Assembly: GCA_051362555.1 (NCBI GenBank)
Contig: CM120641.1
Coordinates: 10,292,001-10,356,000 of the forward strand
Reading direction: 5' to 3'
DNA: 64,000 nt
Source of the DNA: Lingula anatina
Lineage: Eukaryota > Animalia > Brachiopoda
In this document: one piece after another, positions 42,149 through 51,208 of the stretch
How positions within the stretch are numbered: the first letter of the stretch is position 1
How the letters are laid out: each line of letters starts with the position of its first letter
Made by a program: the position numbers and the translations under genes
The notes under the pieces: model-generated
Database searches by the model: none
The model's input: only the letters and a program-made list of their open reading frames with translations
What the model was told of the DNA's origin: nothing

Positions 42149-44622
42149 CTTCCAGGATACTTAGTGTTCTATACTACGGATGCCACTCAGAAGGACAGGG
42201 ACTGGGTGGTAGAAGGTGTTCTGGGGGAGAAACTGTCCATTACCATCAAAGGCCTGACACCACACACAACATACTACTTCAAGGTGCAGGCCAGAAACAG
42301 CAAAGGTTATGGCCCTATGTCATCCACAGTTATCTACAGGACACCCAGAGGTATGGAATACCTTTATATCATATATAGTATGTCTCTTAACTGTAAAAAG
42401 GGTTATTCTGTTCAGAGTCAATTTTGCTCGTCAGCAACAGATTTTGTCTTTGGGTTTATGCATGCCATTGGCATTCAAAAATTGTCTTGTATATGATCAT
42501 GGATTGCACTCATTGCCTAGTGTACACATGTATATAAAATTGGTTGATATGTTGTGGTAAAAAGAAACACAGGCTGTACTGGAATGTATGCATCTCTGTG
42601 GAAGGAGTTGCTTGATGTGTGAAATACTTCAAAAGGATTTTACAGACATGATAGTAGAAGTACTGTACCCATCTAATATTAGCATGAAATAGAAGCCCTT
42701 CTCATCTTGTGAATTACAATGCAATGTCAGCAGTAAATGGAACTGCCTTTGCTGTATTAAAACTGAAAACTGTTACACAAACATTCCTGTGGCTCTCTTT
42801 CAGCTGATGGTACAGGTGGTGGCCCCATTGATACCCCAGAGTATGACCCTAACACCCCAGGAGGAAAGTTGGGTCACCCAGGTATTGATGGACATGATAT
42901 GGTCAATGTAATAATAGATGGCGCCAAAGAGATAGGTATGATAAAACTTCCCTCTTTACTCTGAGTTTTCAGATAGTATTGGTGAAAAAGTAAAACGCCA
43001 TTTGTTTAAGAAGCATATTCCACTACTTCAAGACCAGTCATATTTTTCAGCCTAGTAGGTTGCCCTTAGAGCGTCCTAAACATTTAAAACTTTGGAAAAT
43101 AAATAGTAAGCAATTTTAAAACATTGTCTGATTGATCATCTCTGGAGGCTTAAAGACCTTCAGCTCATTTCAGTTAGATATGTTTTTTTTTTCTGTTAAC
43201 TTATAATGGAAATGTTTTTTCAGCAAATAATGAAGAGGAGGCTGAGAAGAACAAAGGTGGTATAAGCCAAAATGCCATGTGGATCATCATTGCCTCCTGT
43301 GTCTGTGGTGTCATCATTGTCACTGTCATCGCTATTGTTGTCATTGTGTGCAGGAGGAAGAGCCCTGGAGAAAGAAGAAGGTCTGTGACATTTTAAAAGA
43401 TTTTTAGCTAAACAAGATATTTGGAATTAGATAAGATTATTTCTTCAATTATGCTTAAAAAAGGTAAAACTCTCAGAATAGCAATGATTAAAAGTACATA
43501 GGTTTATTTCTGTGATGCTACTAAAAGCATAGAACTATTTGGCCTGCTACAGTAAAAAACATATAGGTATAAGGGATGAGCATGTCTTTTCATCCAGTAA
43601 GAAAACTTATTAAAATTTTAGGGCGACTCGCTCTTTAGATATAAGTTTATAATAAACAGGAAAGAAACCTTCTGAATTTATGATATATTATTCATATCAA
43701 AATATTTTCTATTCCAAGGTCTGGCTACCATCCATCCAGCAAGAGTAAAGGTCCAGGACCAAAGGACCTCAAGCCACCAGATTTGTGGATTCACCATGAT
43801 TTGGAATTGAAGAGTATGGACAAAAACAGTGACCATGAGACATCCATGACTATGACTCCTATACCCAGGAGCTCTCAGGAAAAACTGGATGATGGTAACA
43901 ATTTGTTATTGGTTCAATAATTTTTTTTTTTTTTTTTTTTTTTATGTATATATGTAACAGTCAATCGTCTTTTAATAAAAATGACATCTCCCCAAAAGAT
44001 TCTAAGAGGTTTTTAGCAAATTTCAATTTGCTTTTTAGATCAAAATCAATTCGAGACCACTGTTAATGACGAAAGGTACAGGAGAATGCCCAGACACAGG
44101 CCTATAATGATCCCAGTTGATTCACAGCCTGCTCCTCCCAGAGAACGTAAGTAGCCCCACGTATATCTATTTGTCTATTAGTAAACCATCGTCTCTAGAA
44201 TAGTGGAATGCTTGTGCTGTATATTGATACAATGTTGTATTAGTATATATCCTCACATTGTCTACTTTCTCAAAACACACTTACGTACATTGTATAGTGG
44301 AGTGTTCTCTATAGTGCTTTCACGTAAAGCTACAGATTATTTGTTTATTCATCATTTTGTGACTTTTTGGTTGTCGTATGTATGACTATTGTAATATGCT
44401 AAAGATTAAATAAATACTATGATTTTTCATATCGCATGGATAAGAGTACTGTGAAGTGTTCAGTGTTGCCTGTGCCACTAAACCATTTACCTGAGCACTG
44501 TTAAGAATGAAATATCAAATCTCACAGCCGAGATTGTGCGTGCAGTATCCTGGTTGAATAAACCCCCAAAACCTGGGCTCAGTATATCACAAAGCTTTGG
44601 TTGGGTGTGTGTATATACAGGT

Positions 44623-44680
<58 letters not shown>

Positions 44681-47600
44681 ACCTGTATCACCCTTCCCAG
44701 TGCACAGGATTGATTGTGTTGTTATGTTTTAGCCATAGCCACTGCCACTGCCCTTCCCAATGGCCATGTGCATACTCCATCTGACCGCGACGTCCCCACA
44801 AGACCTGTCTACCCCAGAACTCAATATAACATGACACCCAGGGTATATGCAGGGGACGTGTCACAACCTGGTTCAGGTAAATGGAAGTGACTTAATTGTC
44901 AGTATGCACAGGAAATGTTAAGTGGATTTTATGCCAAATTATGATGTATTGGTGTTGAACTTAAAACATGTTTCACTCTATGATCTTTATTTTCTAAAGT
45001 TTAGATGTTGATATGCATGTCATGGCATGAGTGTGCATGGAAAGTGTTGTCACATGCATTTCATTCTACTAATGTATTTCAGAGAAAATATTGAAATGCA
45101 TCTACCTGTTTTAGTACCAAGTTCAGCATATTGATGAGAACAAATTAACTGTGACTGCATATGTCCATTTAGATAGACCAAAGTTTGCATTTGTGTTGCA
45201 TGATTTTTTATCCAGCATAGTGCTTTTGCCATTTAGTATTAACTGAATCTTGCAACATTAAGAATAATAAGAAAATAATACCACATTTTCATAAGACCTT
45301 CCCAAGATTTTTGCATTCACAGTGTGTTTTCAAACATTGGATAACATCAGCTTTCTCTTGTTATTGCATGCAATTGTGTAGACATTGAAGAGATGCAGCC
45401 ATTGATGGGAGGTACGTTAGATCGCAGAAAAATGTCATCAATGCAGAGCTTACAGCGCGACCAGCAAGGAGGCAGTGCATATACTCGTAAGATAGCACTC
45501 TTGTCTGAAAATTCCATCTGGAGTCTCTTTCCTGTTGGCCTGACATACTTATCCTTCAAGACAATGGATCTTGAAACCTACACAGCTCTCATATGAAAAC
45601 TTATATCTATTGATTTTCATATTTAATGTATTGTGTCTTACATTTGTGATTTTCCAAAGAAAGAGACTACCATCACTGAGATTATGCCCCTGTGATTTTT
45701 CATGGTTGCGGAATCTTTGGTGTTTGAATACTAACACTTAATCTTTGTGCTAGTTGGTGTTTTCCCCTGACATAATAGAAATGTTACAAACCCTAGAAAT
45801 GTAGTTATGATTTTGGTTATAGATATTTGTTTGAAGACATGTCCTGATTGCTGCATTTCTGCTGCACATGTAATATTCAAAACTACCCATGTCAAAATAA
45901 TATTTTTGCATAATGCAGTATTAAAGAGGAAAGTTATGCGTTGTTTTTTTCCCCTTCACAAAACCAATACCATTTGAGTCTGCAGATAATGCCATTTACC
46001 TCAACTAGTAAATACCTGGTTGACATGGAATTTGACATTTTCTACAAAATTTTCTACACATTCTGTGATATAAAGTATTAGCCGTTTTCATTAATTCAAA
46101 ACTAATATTAGTGCCAAAACTGTGAGAGAGGGGGCTCTGATTAATTTATTCTTCCCTCTGAAATAGTAGTTAGGTTAAGGTTTAACCTGAAATTTTCCTC
46201 GCAAATTAACATTGACTGTATTGTTTAACTTAATTACTAACTAAATTCAGTCTCCTATTATTTCAAGGAGTTACATACCTTTGTAGTTTGTTGATTGATA
46301 GTCCAGAGTTTTTGTGGTTGAAACAGCTCAAGAGTTTCCCTTTATTGTTGTCGTATGGTATAAAAATGCTAAAAAAGACTGAACTTTTTTTCTAATACCT
46401 TTCTAATTCAATCCATAAAGATGGCAAATGATTATGCATAATATTAAGCAAAATTATTTTTGAGACAGATATATCAGTACTGTAGCTACCTGTAAGAAAA
46501 CTCTGGACTGCACAGAAATAGCTGTTGAAGTTAGTCTTTTCTGCATACTTTGAAATAACTGTTTAACATAACAGGTCAAGTAGAGAAGGGAGAGTGTTTC
46601 TTGCTGTTTTTATTGTTGATCTTACTAACTCTTTCACATTGCTCTTTGATTGTTGCAGGGCCACAATCTCCAGATTCATCTTATAACCAACCGCCTGTAC
46701 CATATGATCAACTGCATCTACACAGCACCACTACACCTACTGCTGCTGAAAGCAGTAACAGCCTTCCACAACGCACCCCTAATCCTCTTAAAAGTTTCTC
46801 TGTCCCAGGCCCCCCTCGGCACCAGGGGGCCCCAGGCTCACCTCCAGCACCTAAGCAACTAGGTATGCTGTCCCCCCTGTCTCAGTATTGTCATCCCCAT
46901 AGAATTGTGAATATATCTCAGTAAAAAGTTCACCCTGTAATACGTTGTGGTTACTAGTGCCAAATAATGAGAAAATTATACACTGGATTTGGTTGATGTT
47001 GTACAATATGTAAACTGCTGTAGCTGCACCCCATAGCACATGATTAGATGCGCATGCTATAAAAAACATTCACACTTGGTCACACCCCCTCCACCCTATT
47101 ATCTTCATTTACAAAGTCATATCATTGTCATTGAATATTATGTATTTTTTCTTATGCATGATTATTGTCTTGTATTAAACTTCTCCAAAAAAATTAGTCA
47201 TGTCATTTGCCCAGTGTGCTGTTTTCATTGGATTCCTGTCGTCTTTTAACACAATAAAGTGCATTTTGATTTATTTGGGATAACTTTAATGCACCATTTG
47301 AAATAATCTGAATCATTGAGAAAGAAGATTGCCAAAAGCGTTTGCCCTGTATGTTTTTATTATCTCACAGCATCCTCAATGTGTGCTTTTAGTACATTGT
47401 TCAAATGTATGTTGCTTGTTTAGTGTCATGTAATTAATCTTCGTAGTTATAGATAGCATCAGTAGTTGTGTGTACCTACCCCTGTCTGCTGTTCCTTGAC
47501 AACCCATGCCTCATTATATCTTTAACCTTCTTAATATCTTTGCTCTTGTTTTTTATTTTCATGAATACTGTTTTGTATACATGTACATTCTAATAATTAT

Positions 47601-48263
47601 ATAAATAGAATTTGATACCCTGTGCTTATTACCTCATAGAAGGCAGAGTGATTATTTAATGACTGGCAATATTTAGTTTAATACAAAATATAAGAATCAT
47701 GGACTTTTTAGCAATCTAGATCACAAGATAGTGACACAGTAGCCATTTAAGATTCCACTTTGCTGTGTTAACCTTATACTGCTTCCTTCATCTGCAGTAG
47801 TCAAACCACAGCAACCCACAAGTCCGTACAAGAAGCAGCCAACAGTAACAGTGAGTGCGATGAAGTCGAGAACACCAATGCCTGTGGTCACACCTAAAGC
47901 TCCAGATTTACTCAAAACTTCTGGGGATCAGGTAGGCAAAGCCGTGCATATCATGCAATTTTCTTGAAAATTGGTTAAAAGAAAAAAAAAATAAATAGTA
48001 ATAAATAAATAGTAATAAATAAACAAGTAATGATAATTGCAATGGAATTGTCAAAACTATTAGGGAATCTTTTTTTTGTGACAACAAGAGCTTTTGGTCA
48101 TTAATCTTCATTCAACTTTCAATTTTCTAATATAATTGCTAAAATGTTCTCATCTGCTTTTCAGAAAATATGCAGCACAGAAGAACTTTCACAAGAGATG
48201 GCAAACTTAGAAGGACTCATGAAGGACTTAAATGCAATCACACAGCAAGAGTTTGAATGCTGA
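7967..48263 (+). CDS. NEO1: Neogenin/DCC/frazzled-family netrin receptor, complete 27-exon CDS (~1482 aa)
   Basis: All 27 exons have GT-AG boundaries with matching phases, and summed length 4449 nt is a multiple of 3. Architecture is signal peptide, 4 Ig, 6 FN3, TM, then diagnostic cytoplasmic motifs P1 ([12 protein letters not shown]), P2-like ([12 protein letters not shown]) and P3 ([21 protein letters not shown]). It is the invertebrate co-ortholog of DCC/NEO1, so the symbol is family-level. Confidence 0.95.
21391..22040. mobile_element. non-autonomous DNA transposon with 15-bp subterminal repeat arrays (MULE/Foldback-like)
   Basis: Inverted arrays of GGTTCGCT(G/A)TGCCGA at both ends, GGG...CCC termini, flanking direct repeat AGACATTG (21383-21390 / 22041-22048, extendable to 10 bp). 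Confidence 0.88.
22752..23304. mobile_element. MITE, PIF/Harbinger (PHIS)-like
   Basis: 16-bp TIR TACCCC(A/G)TTCACACTA, 3-bp duplication ATT on both sides, internal GCGTTCACACT repeats, CpG-rich interior. Confidence 0.82.
30356..30530 (+). CDS. NEO1: neogenin exon 2, Ig1 N-half ([16 protein letters not shown]...LLNCSA...QWIRDG)
   Basis: tttcag acceptor, AG|GTAAAA donor, Ig I-set F..EP/C/W pattern; missed by the ORF track. Confidence 0.92.
30801..30946 (+). CDS. NEO1: neogenin exon 3, Ig1 C-half ([11 protein letters not shown]...[10 protein letters not shown])
   Basis: tttcag acceptor, T|GTAAGT donor, DEGxYxC motif. Confidence 0.95.
31671..31979 (+). CDS. NEO1: neogenin exon 4, Ig2
   Basis: FKEEP...FTC...WFK...DLGQYHC; canonical splice sites. 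Confidence 0.95.
32534..32576. repeat. (AGT)n microsatellite
   Basis: About 14 perfect units, read directly. Confidence 0.97.
32748..32910 (+). CDS. NEO1: neogenin exon 5, Ig3 N-half
   Basis: PRFIITP...LYCGANG...MWLK; phase 1 to phase 2. Confidence 0.93.
34039..34167. repeat. two poly(T) tracts (34039-34090, 34142-34167)
   Basis: Read directly; the source of the poly-Phe ORFs in the track. Confidence 0.95.
34414..34559 (+). CDS. NEO1: neogenin exon 6, Ig3 C-half
   Basis: [29 protein letters not shown]; phase 2 to phase 1. Confidence 0.94.
35063..35338 (+). CDS. NEO1: neogenin exon 7, Ig4
   Basis: [16 protein letters not shown]...[16 protein letters not shown], a highly characteristic DCC/neogenin Ig4 sequence. 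Confidence 0.97.
38011..38230 (+). CDS. NEO1: neogenin exon 8, Pro-rich linker plus FN3-1 N-half
   Basis: [10 protein letters not shown]...[10 protein letters not shown]...GSDR; AG|GTAAGA donor. Confidence 0.94.
38524..38666 (+). CDS. NEO1: neogenin exon 9, FN3-1 C-half
   Basis: ERVMNT...[15 protein letters not shown]...TTQPE. Confidence 0.94.
38896..39189 (+). CDS. NEO1: neogenin exon 10, FN3-2
   Basis: ITWSPP...NGNI...LRPYTE...[11 protein letters not shown]. Confidence 0.95.
39553..39602 (+). CDS. NEO1: neogenin exon 11 (50 nt), start of FN3-3
   Basis: [17 protein letters not shown]; ctacag acceptor, GTAAGT donor. Confidence 0.92.
39869..40016 (+). CDS. NEO1: neogenin exon 12, FN3-3 middle
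   Basis: SILIQWEPP...[13 protein letters not shown]. Confidence 0.95.
40229..40339 (+). CDS. NEO1: neogenin exon 13, FN3-3 end
   Basis: [37 protein letters not shown]; GTGAGT donor; missed by the ORF track. Confidence 0.94.
40502..40696 (+). CDS. NEO1: neogenin exon 14, FN3-4 N-part
   Basis: [15 protein letters not shown]...WTPP...[12 protein letters not shown]. Confidence 0.95.
40966..41061 (+). CDS. NEO1: neogenin exon 15, FN3-4 C-part
   Basis: [18 protein letters not shown]; GTGAGT donor. Confidence 0.94.
41321..41638 (+). CDS. NEO1: neogenin exon 16, FN3-5
   Basis: TPMIPPVGV...WTDTTL...RYYTI...[13 protein letters not shown]. Confidence 0.96.
41828..41947 (+). CDS. NEO1: neogenin exon 17, FN3-6 N-half
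   Basis: [10 protein letters not shown]...[14 protein letters not shown]. Confidence 0.95.
42104..42148. repeat. (TAT)n microsatellite abutting the exon 18 acceptor
   Basis: About 15 units ending 7 nt before the exon. Confidence 0.95.
42156..42350 (+). CDS. NEO1: neogenin exon 18, FN3-6 C-half
   Basis: GYLVFYTTD...[17 protein letters not shown]. Confidence 0.96.
42804..42935 (+). CDS. NEO1: neogenin exon 19, extracellular juxtamembrane stalk
   Basis: [16 protein letters not shown]...; tttcag acceptor, G|GTATGA donor; an in-frame alternative donor is possible after 42881. Confidence 0.82.
43224..43380 (+). CDS. NEO1: neogenin exon 20, transmembrane helix
   Basis: [25 protein letters not shown] followed by the RRK stop-transfer signal. 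Confidence 0.93.
43719..43894 (+). CDS. NEO1: neogenin exon 21, P1 motif
   Basis: [17 protein letters not shown]; uses an AAG acceptor. Confidence 0.93.
44039..44146 (+). CDS. NEO1: neogenin exon 22, cytoplasmic
   Basis: DQNQFETT...[18 protein letters not shown]; ttttag acceptor, GTAAGT donor. Confidence 0.88.
44615..44688. repeat. (AT)27 microsatellite inside a perfect 74-bp palindrome
   Basis: ATACAGGTTG-(AT)n-CAACCTGTAT. Confidence 0.93.
44733..44876 (+). CDS. NEO1: neogenin exon 23, cytoplasmic
   Basis: [12 protein letters not shown]...[10 protein letters not shown]; phase 1-1. Confidence 0.88.
45382..45486 (+). CDS. NEO1: neogenin exon 24, cytoplasmic, probable cassette exon (105 nt)
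   Basis: [35 protein letters not shown]; symmetric phase 1-1, weak tgtag acceptor, C|GTAAGA donor. Confidence 0.7.
46659..46862 (+). CDS. NEO1: neogenin exon 25, P2-like region
   Basis: [12 protein letters not shown]; branch-point-like ctaac upstream, G|GTATGC donor. Confidence 0.9.
   Translation, partial: GHNLQIHLITNRLYHMINCIYTAPLHLLLLKAVTAFHNAPLILLKVSLSQAPLGTRGPQAHLQHLSN
47798..47931 (+). CDS. NEO1: neogenin exon 26, cytoplasmic
   Basis: [13 protein letters not shown]...[16 protein letters not shown]; CAGTAG tandem acceptor, CAG|GTAGGC donor. Confidence 0.88.
48165..48263 (+). CDS. NEO1: neogenin exon 27, P3 motif and stop
   Basis: [35 protein letters not shown] at 48261-48263. Confidence 0.96.
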   Translation, partial: KICSTEELSQEMANLEGLMKDLNAITQQEFEC

Positions 48264-49476
48264 AAAGGAACAAAAGTGTACTTTCTGTATATATATATAC
48301 CACATGACCTGGGATGTGTCACATTTACTGAACATGTAGATAAAATACAAACATCTCACTACTTAGTTTTGGCAATCGGCATGAGGGAATAAGGAACAAA
48401 GTAGAACTTGAGTTTCGAAGAGAAGTGGACATGTATGTTTAGGGACAAAGACAAATGTCCATATCAGATGGGTCACCAATGAGAGCATAAAATGGAATCT
48501 TCAGTGTGAGAAAAAAAAAGTGGTCTGGGACAAGTGCAAAAAAAGGGGAAATAGAAAGGAAAGGAAAGTCACTGCCTTCTGAATATAATGCTGTATATAA
48601 TGCTTGATGCCTTAGGTCATGATCTTTGTACATTAATTCTGAACTACTGTAAATAACATGTATGCATCAGTGGGCTGTTTCAAAGCCATCTTATAGAAGG
48701 AAGACTGAAGTCACATATCACCCATCGATTATATCACAGCTTTTATATTTGTATAGTAATGATACCAATATTGGACTCTTTTTTTCAGTCACACAGCTAA
48801 ATGTATATGTTTAATGTAGAGACCTTAAGATGGGTTTCTTAAGGTTTATGTCATTTTTTGCTACTCTTGTTCCATATCAGTTGTGCTGTCTAAATAAACT
48901 GCTGTAGACTCTTTTCTATTCTGATATTTACAACACATTTTAAGTATCATGATTGTAAATAAATTGTGTACACAGCAGTGCTTATCAGCATATAGTGTGT
49001 TGCTATTCTATATCGATTTTTTGTACAAAATTTATTACCCTATGTCACTATGTTGATGTAATTTATGATTAAGAAAATTTCATTTACCAGAAACTTCATT
49101 TTATTTGAACAAAAACAAGCATGCAAATTATTTAATGTCAGAGGGATAAATATTATCTACCATTCGGAACTGTATCTGATTATATGAGATGTATATGTAC
49201 AGTTTCAACATTTTATAAAAGCTGTAATTATGTAGTTGCATTTTGCAGTCATTTACAAGCAATATGATTGTATTTTAGCAATTAGAACAGTCAGATATGG
49301 AAGCTATAAGAATGACTTGGAAATTGTTTATTTTCTTTCATCAATTTCCTTTGCAAACATGAAATTTGGAATCTTTTTACTGTTTGTTGATTCATAAACA
49401 TGAGGTTCTTCTTCAGGTTCCCATACAGTGAAGGGTCATACTTCAAGTCATTTTTTTCTCCAAATTATGACATAGA

Positions 49477-49482
49477 AATAAA
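49477..49482 (+). terminator. candidate polyadenylation signal of neogenin (3'-UTR about 1.2 kb)
   Basis: AATAAA followed about 20 nt later by a GT/T-rich tract (gtgtcagttttctttttc). Other AATAAA hexamers exist upstream, e.g. 48893. Confidence 0.5.
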
Positions 49483-50049
49483 AGATTTACTAAAATCATT
49501 GTGTCAGTTTTCTTTTTCACCAAAACAGATTTTTAACAAAAACTTTTGAAATGCCAGCCAGCATTAGCAGACTGTTTGTTTTGATATATAAATGGGGTGT
49601 GGGCACAATGGTATGGAAGAGTAGTTTTTCGTACAACCAGGTGACTTGCCTGAAATAAAGGGAAGGCTTGGAAATATATTTCTTATTTAAATTAATTGTA
49701 TATAAAATTTCTAAATGAGTCAGATGTGTTATAATATTAACTCATTCCATTATGATCAGTTTGGGGTCATGTTGGTACTCTCCTGCACAGATACGATGTG
49801 CGGGGACGTATAGGGATGTAACCATCAGTTTCATAATGGGCTGTGTTTTTTATGAGAAAGAATTTTAGAGTTCACCAACAAATATTCAGACATTCTGAAT
49901 TTTTGCTAAGTATATTATTCAGACCTTAAATTACAACTATGGAACCAGATTTCTACTAGACAACAATAGCTATACCACGTGTCTCTCAAGGGAATTTCAA
50001 GCACGTCAAAAGTTAATTATACCCAGCAATTCAGGATCAGGATTTATAA

Positions 50050-51008
50050 TTTTTTTTTTTTTAATGAAAGATTGATAGCCAAAATTATTACGTATATGCT
50101 TTATTCATACTTTTTGCACCAGACTGAGCTGGTGAAAATGTACAGAGATATAATAGAAACAATAATAATGATGATAATAATAATAAAACACATAGATGAA
50201 TAGCACCAAAATTACATATATAGAAATGTACCATTATTATACATACATATCCAGTATTTCATTATCATAAGCTAGGTGTGGTCTAAATGCCGAGTCAACT
50301 GCTCACAGCACTGATCATACACTAGCATATCACACTACAAGTATTGTACACATGACTAAGATTTAGATATTAATTATGCACGAGCCTGTTTTGTACTATG
50401 TGAAACAAACCTTCATATTTATGGTAATTATTTATACACCACTAAGTGGAAGATATAGCACAGTTTCTTTTGTCAAAAGCGAGGTTAAGGAATTTGGCCA
50501 AAGATATAATCACTGTCTCATTTTGGTTGTTCATTATGAAGGAGAATTTGTCTTTGTTGTTTAAATGTGTAAAGCATGTATGGGCGCTTTGTACTGTTTG
50601 AAAGAGTTCTTTTCTATATTCTGCATACAGGGGGCAGGTAATTAAAAAGTGCTCTTCATCCTCTATAACTCCAGAGTGGCAGTTTTGGCATTTTCTTTCT
50701 TCAGCTGGTATTGGTTTACCCTTGACATGGCGACCTGTTTCAATGTGAAAGTTGTGGCTGCTGATTCTAAATTTGGTTAGGGTTTTACATTTTTCTTTAT
50801 CTTGAATTATATCATGATATATTTCTTTCTCAAAATGGAGCTTGAAAGTTTTATACGTTCTCAACTTGAGATTTTCTTGTGATATCCTGCTATGCCAAAG
50901 TTACACACTACTGTCTCTAACTCTAACACTTAAAATTTTCATGAAGTTTTTGTCTACTTTCTGTTTAAGCCGTACATCTCCAAACCCATTTTCTACAAGA
51001 ATTATTGC
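50050..51008 (-). mobile_element. 5'-truncated non-LTR retrotransposon (LINE) 3' fragment, degenerate ORF2 C-terminus
   Basis: Minus frame reads GFGDV...*LWH...KLRTYKTFK...LTKFRISSH.FHIETGR...CQNC...EDEEHFLITCPLY..YR, the C-terminal Cys/His zinc-binding region of CR1/L2/RTE-X-type ORF2. It has an in-frame stop upstream, and a minus-strand AATAAA (50100-50105) followed by an A13 tail (50050-50062). Confidence 0.88.
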
Positions 51009-51175
51009 ATAAAGATGAAACGGTGCAGAAGTAAGCAGTATGCAACATCGATTTCATTGACCAAAAAACGAGGCAACGGTTTGGAGACTGTCCACTCGGA
51101 ACTACTCGGATGTCTCCGCACTGGAGCTTGCGGAGTCAGCCGAGGATTGGCGATTGTTATATTACCGGCAGAATT

Positions 51176-51208
51176 GCATTCTGGGATGCCACTAAGCAAA
51201 ATGGCTGC
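51176..51208 (+). promoter_or_regulatory. ZNF143/Staf-like plus YY1-like motifs at the start of paralog A
   Basis: GCATTCTGGGAT (reverse complement ATCCCAGAATGC) ending 13 nt before the ATG, and CAAAATGGCTGC over the ATG; same arrangement as paralog B. Confidence 0.55.

Noticed and set aside
47371-47391. Possible 21-nt microexon after a good acceptor (tctcacag) in intron 25
   Set aside because: The only in-phase donor (A|GTACAT) is poor; insufficient evidence.
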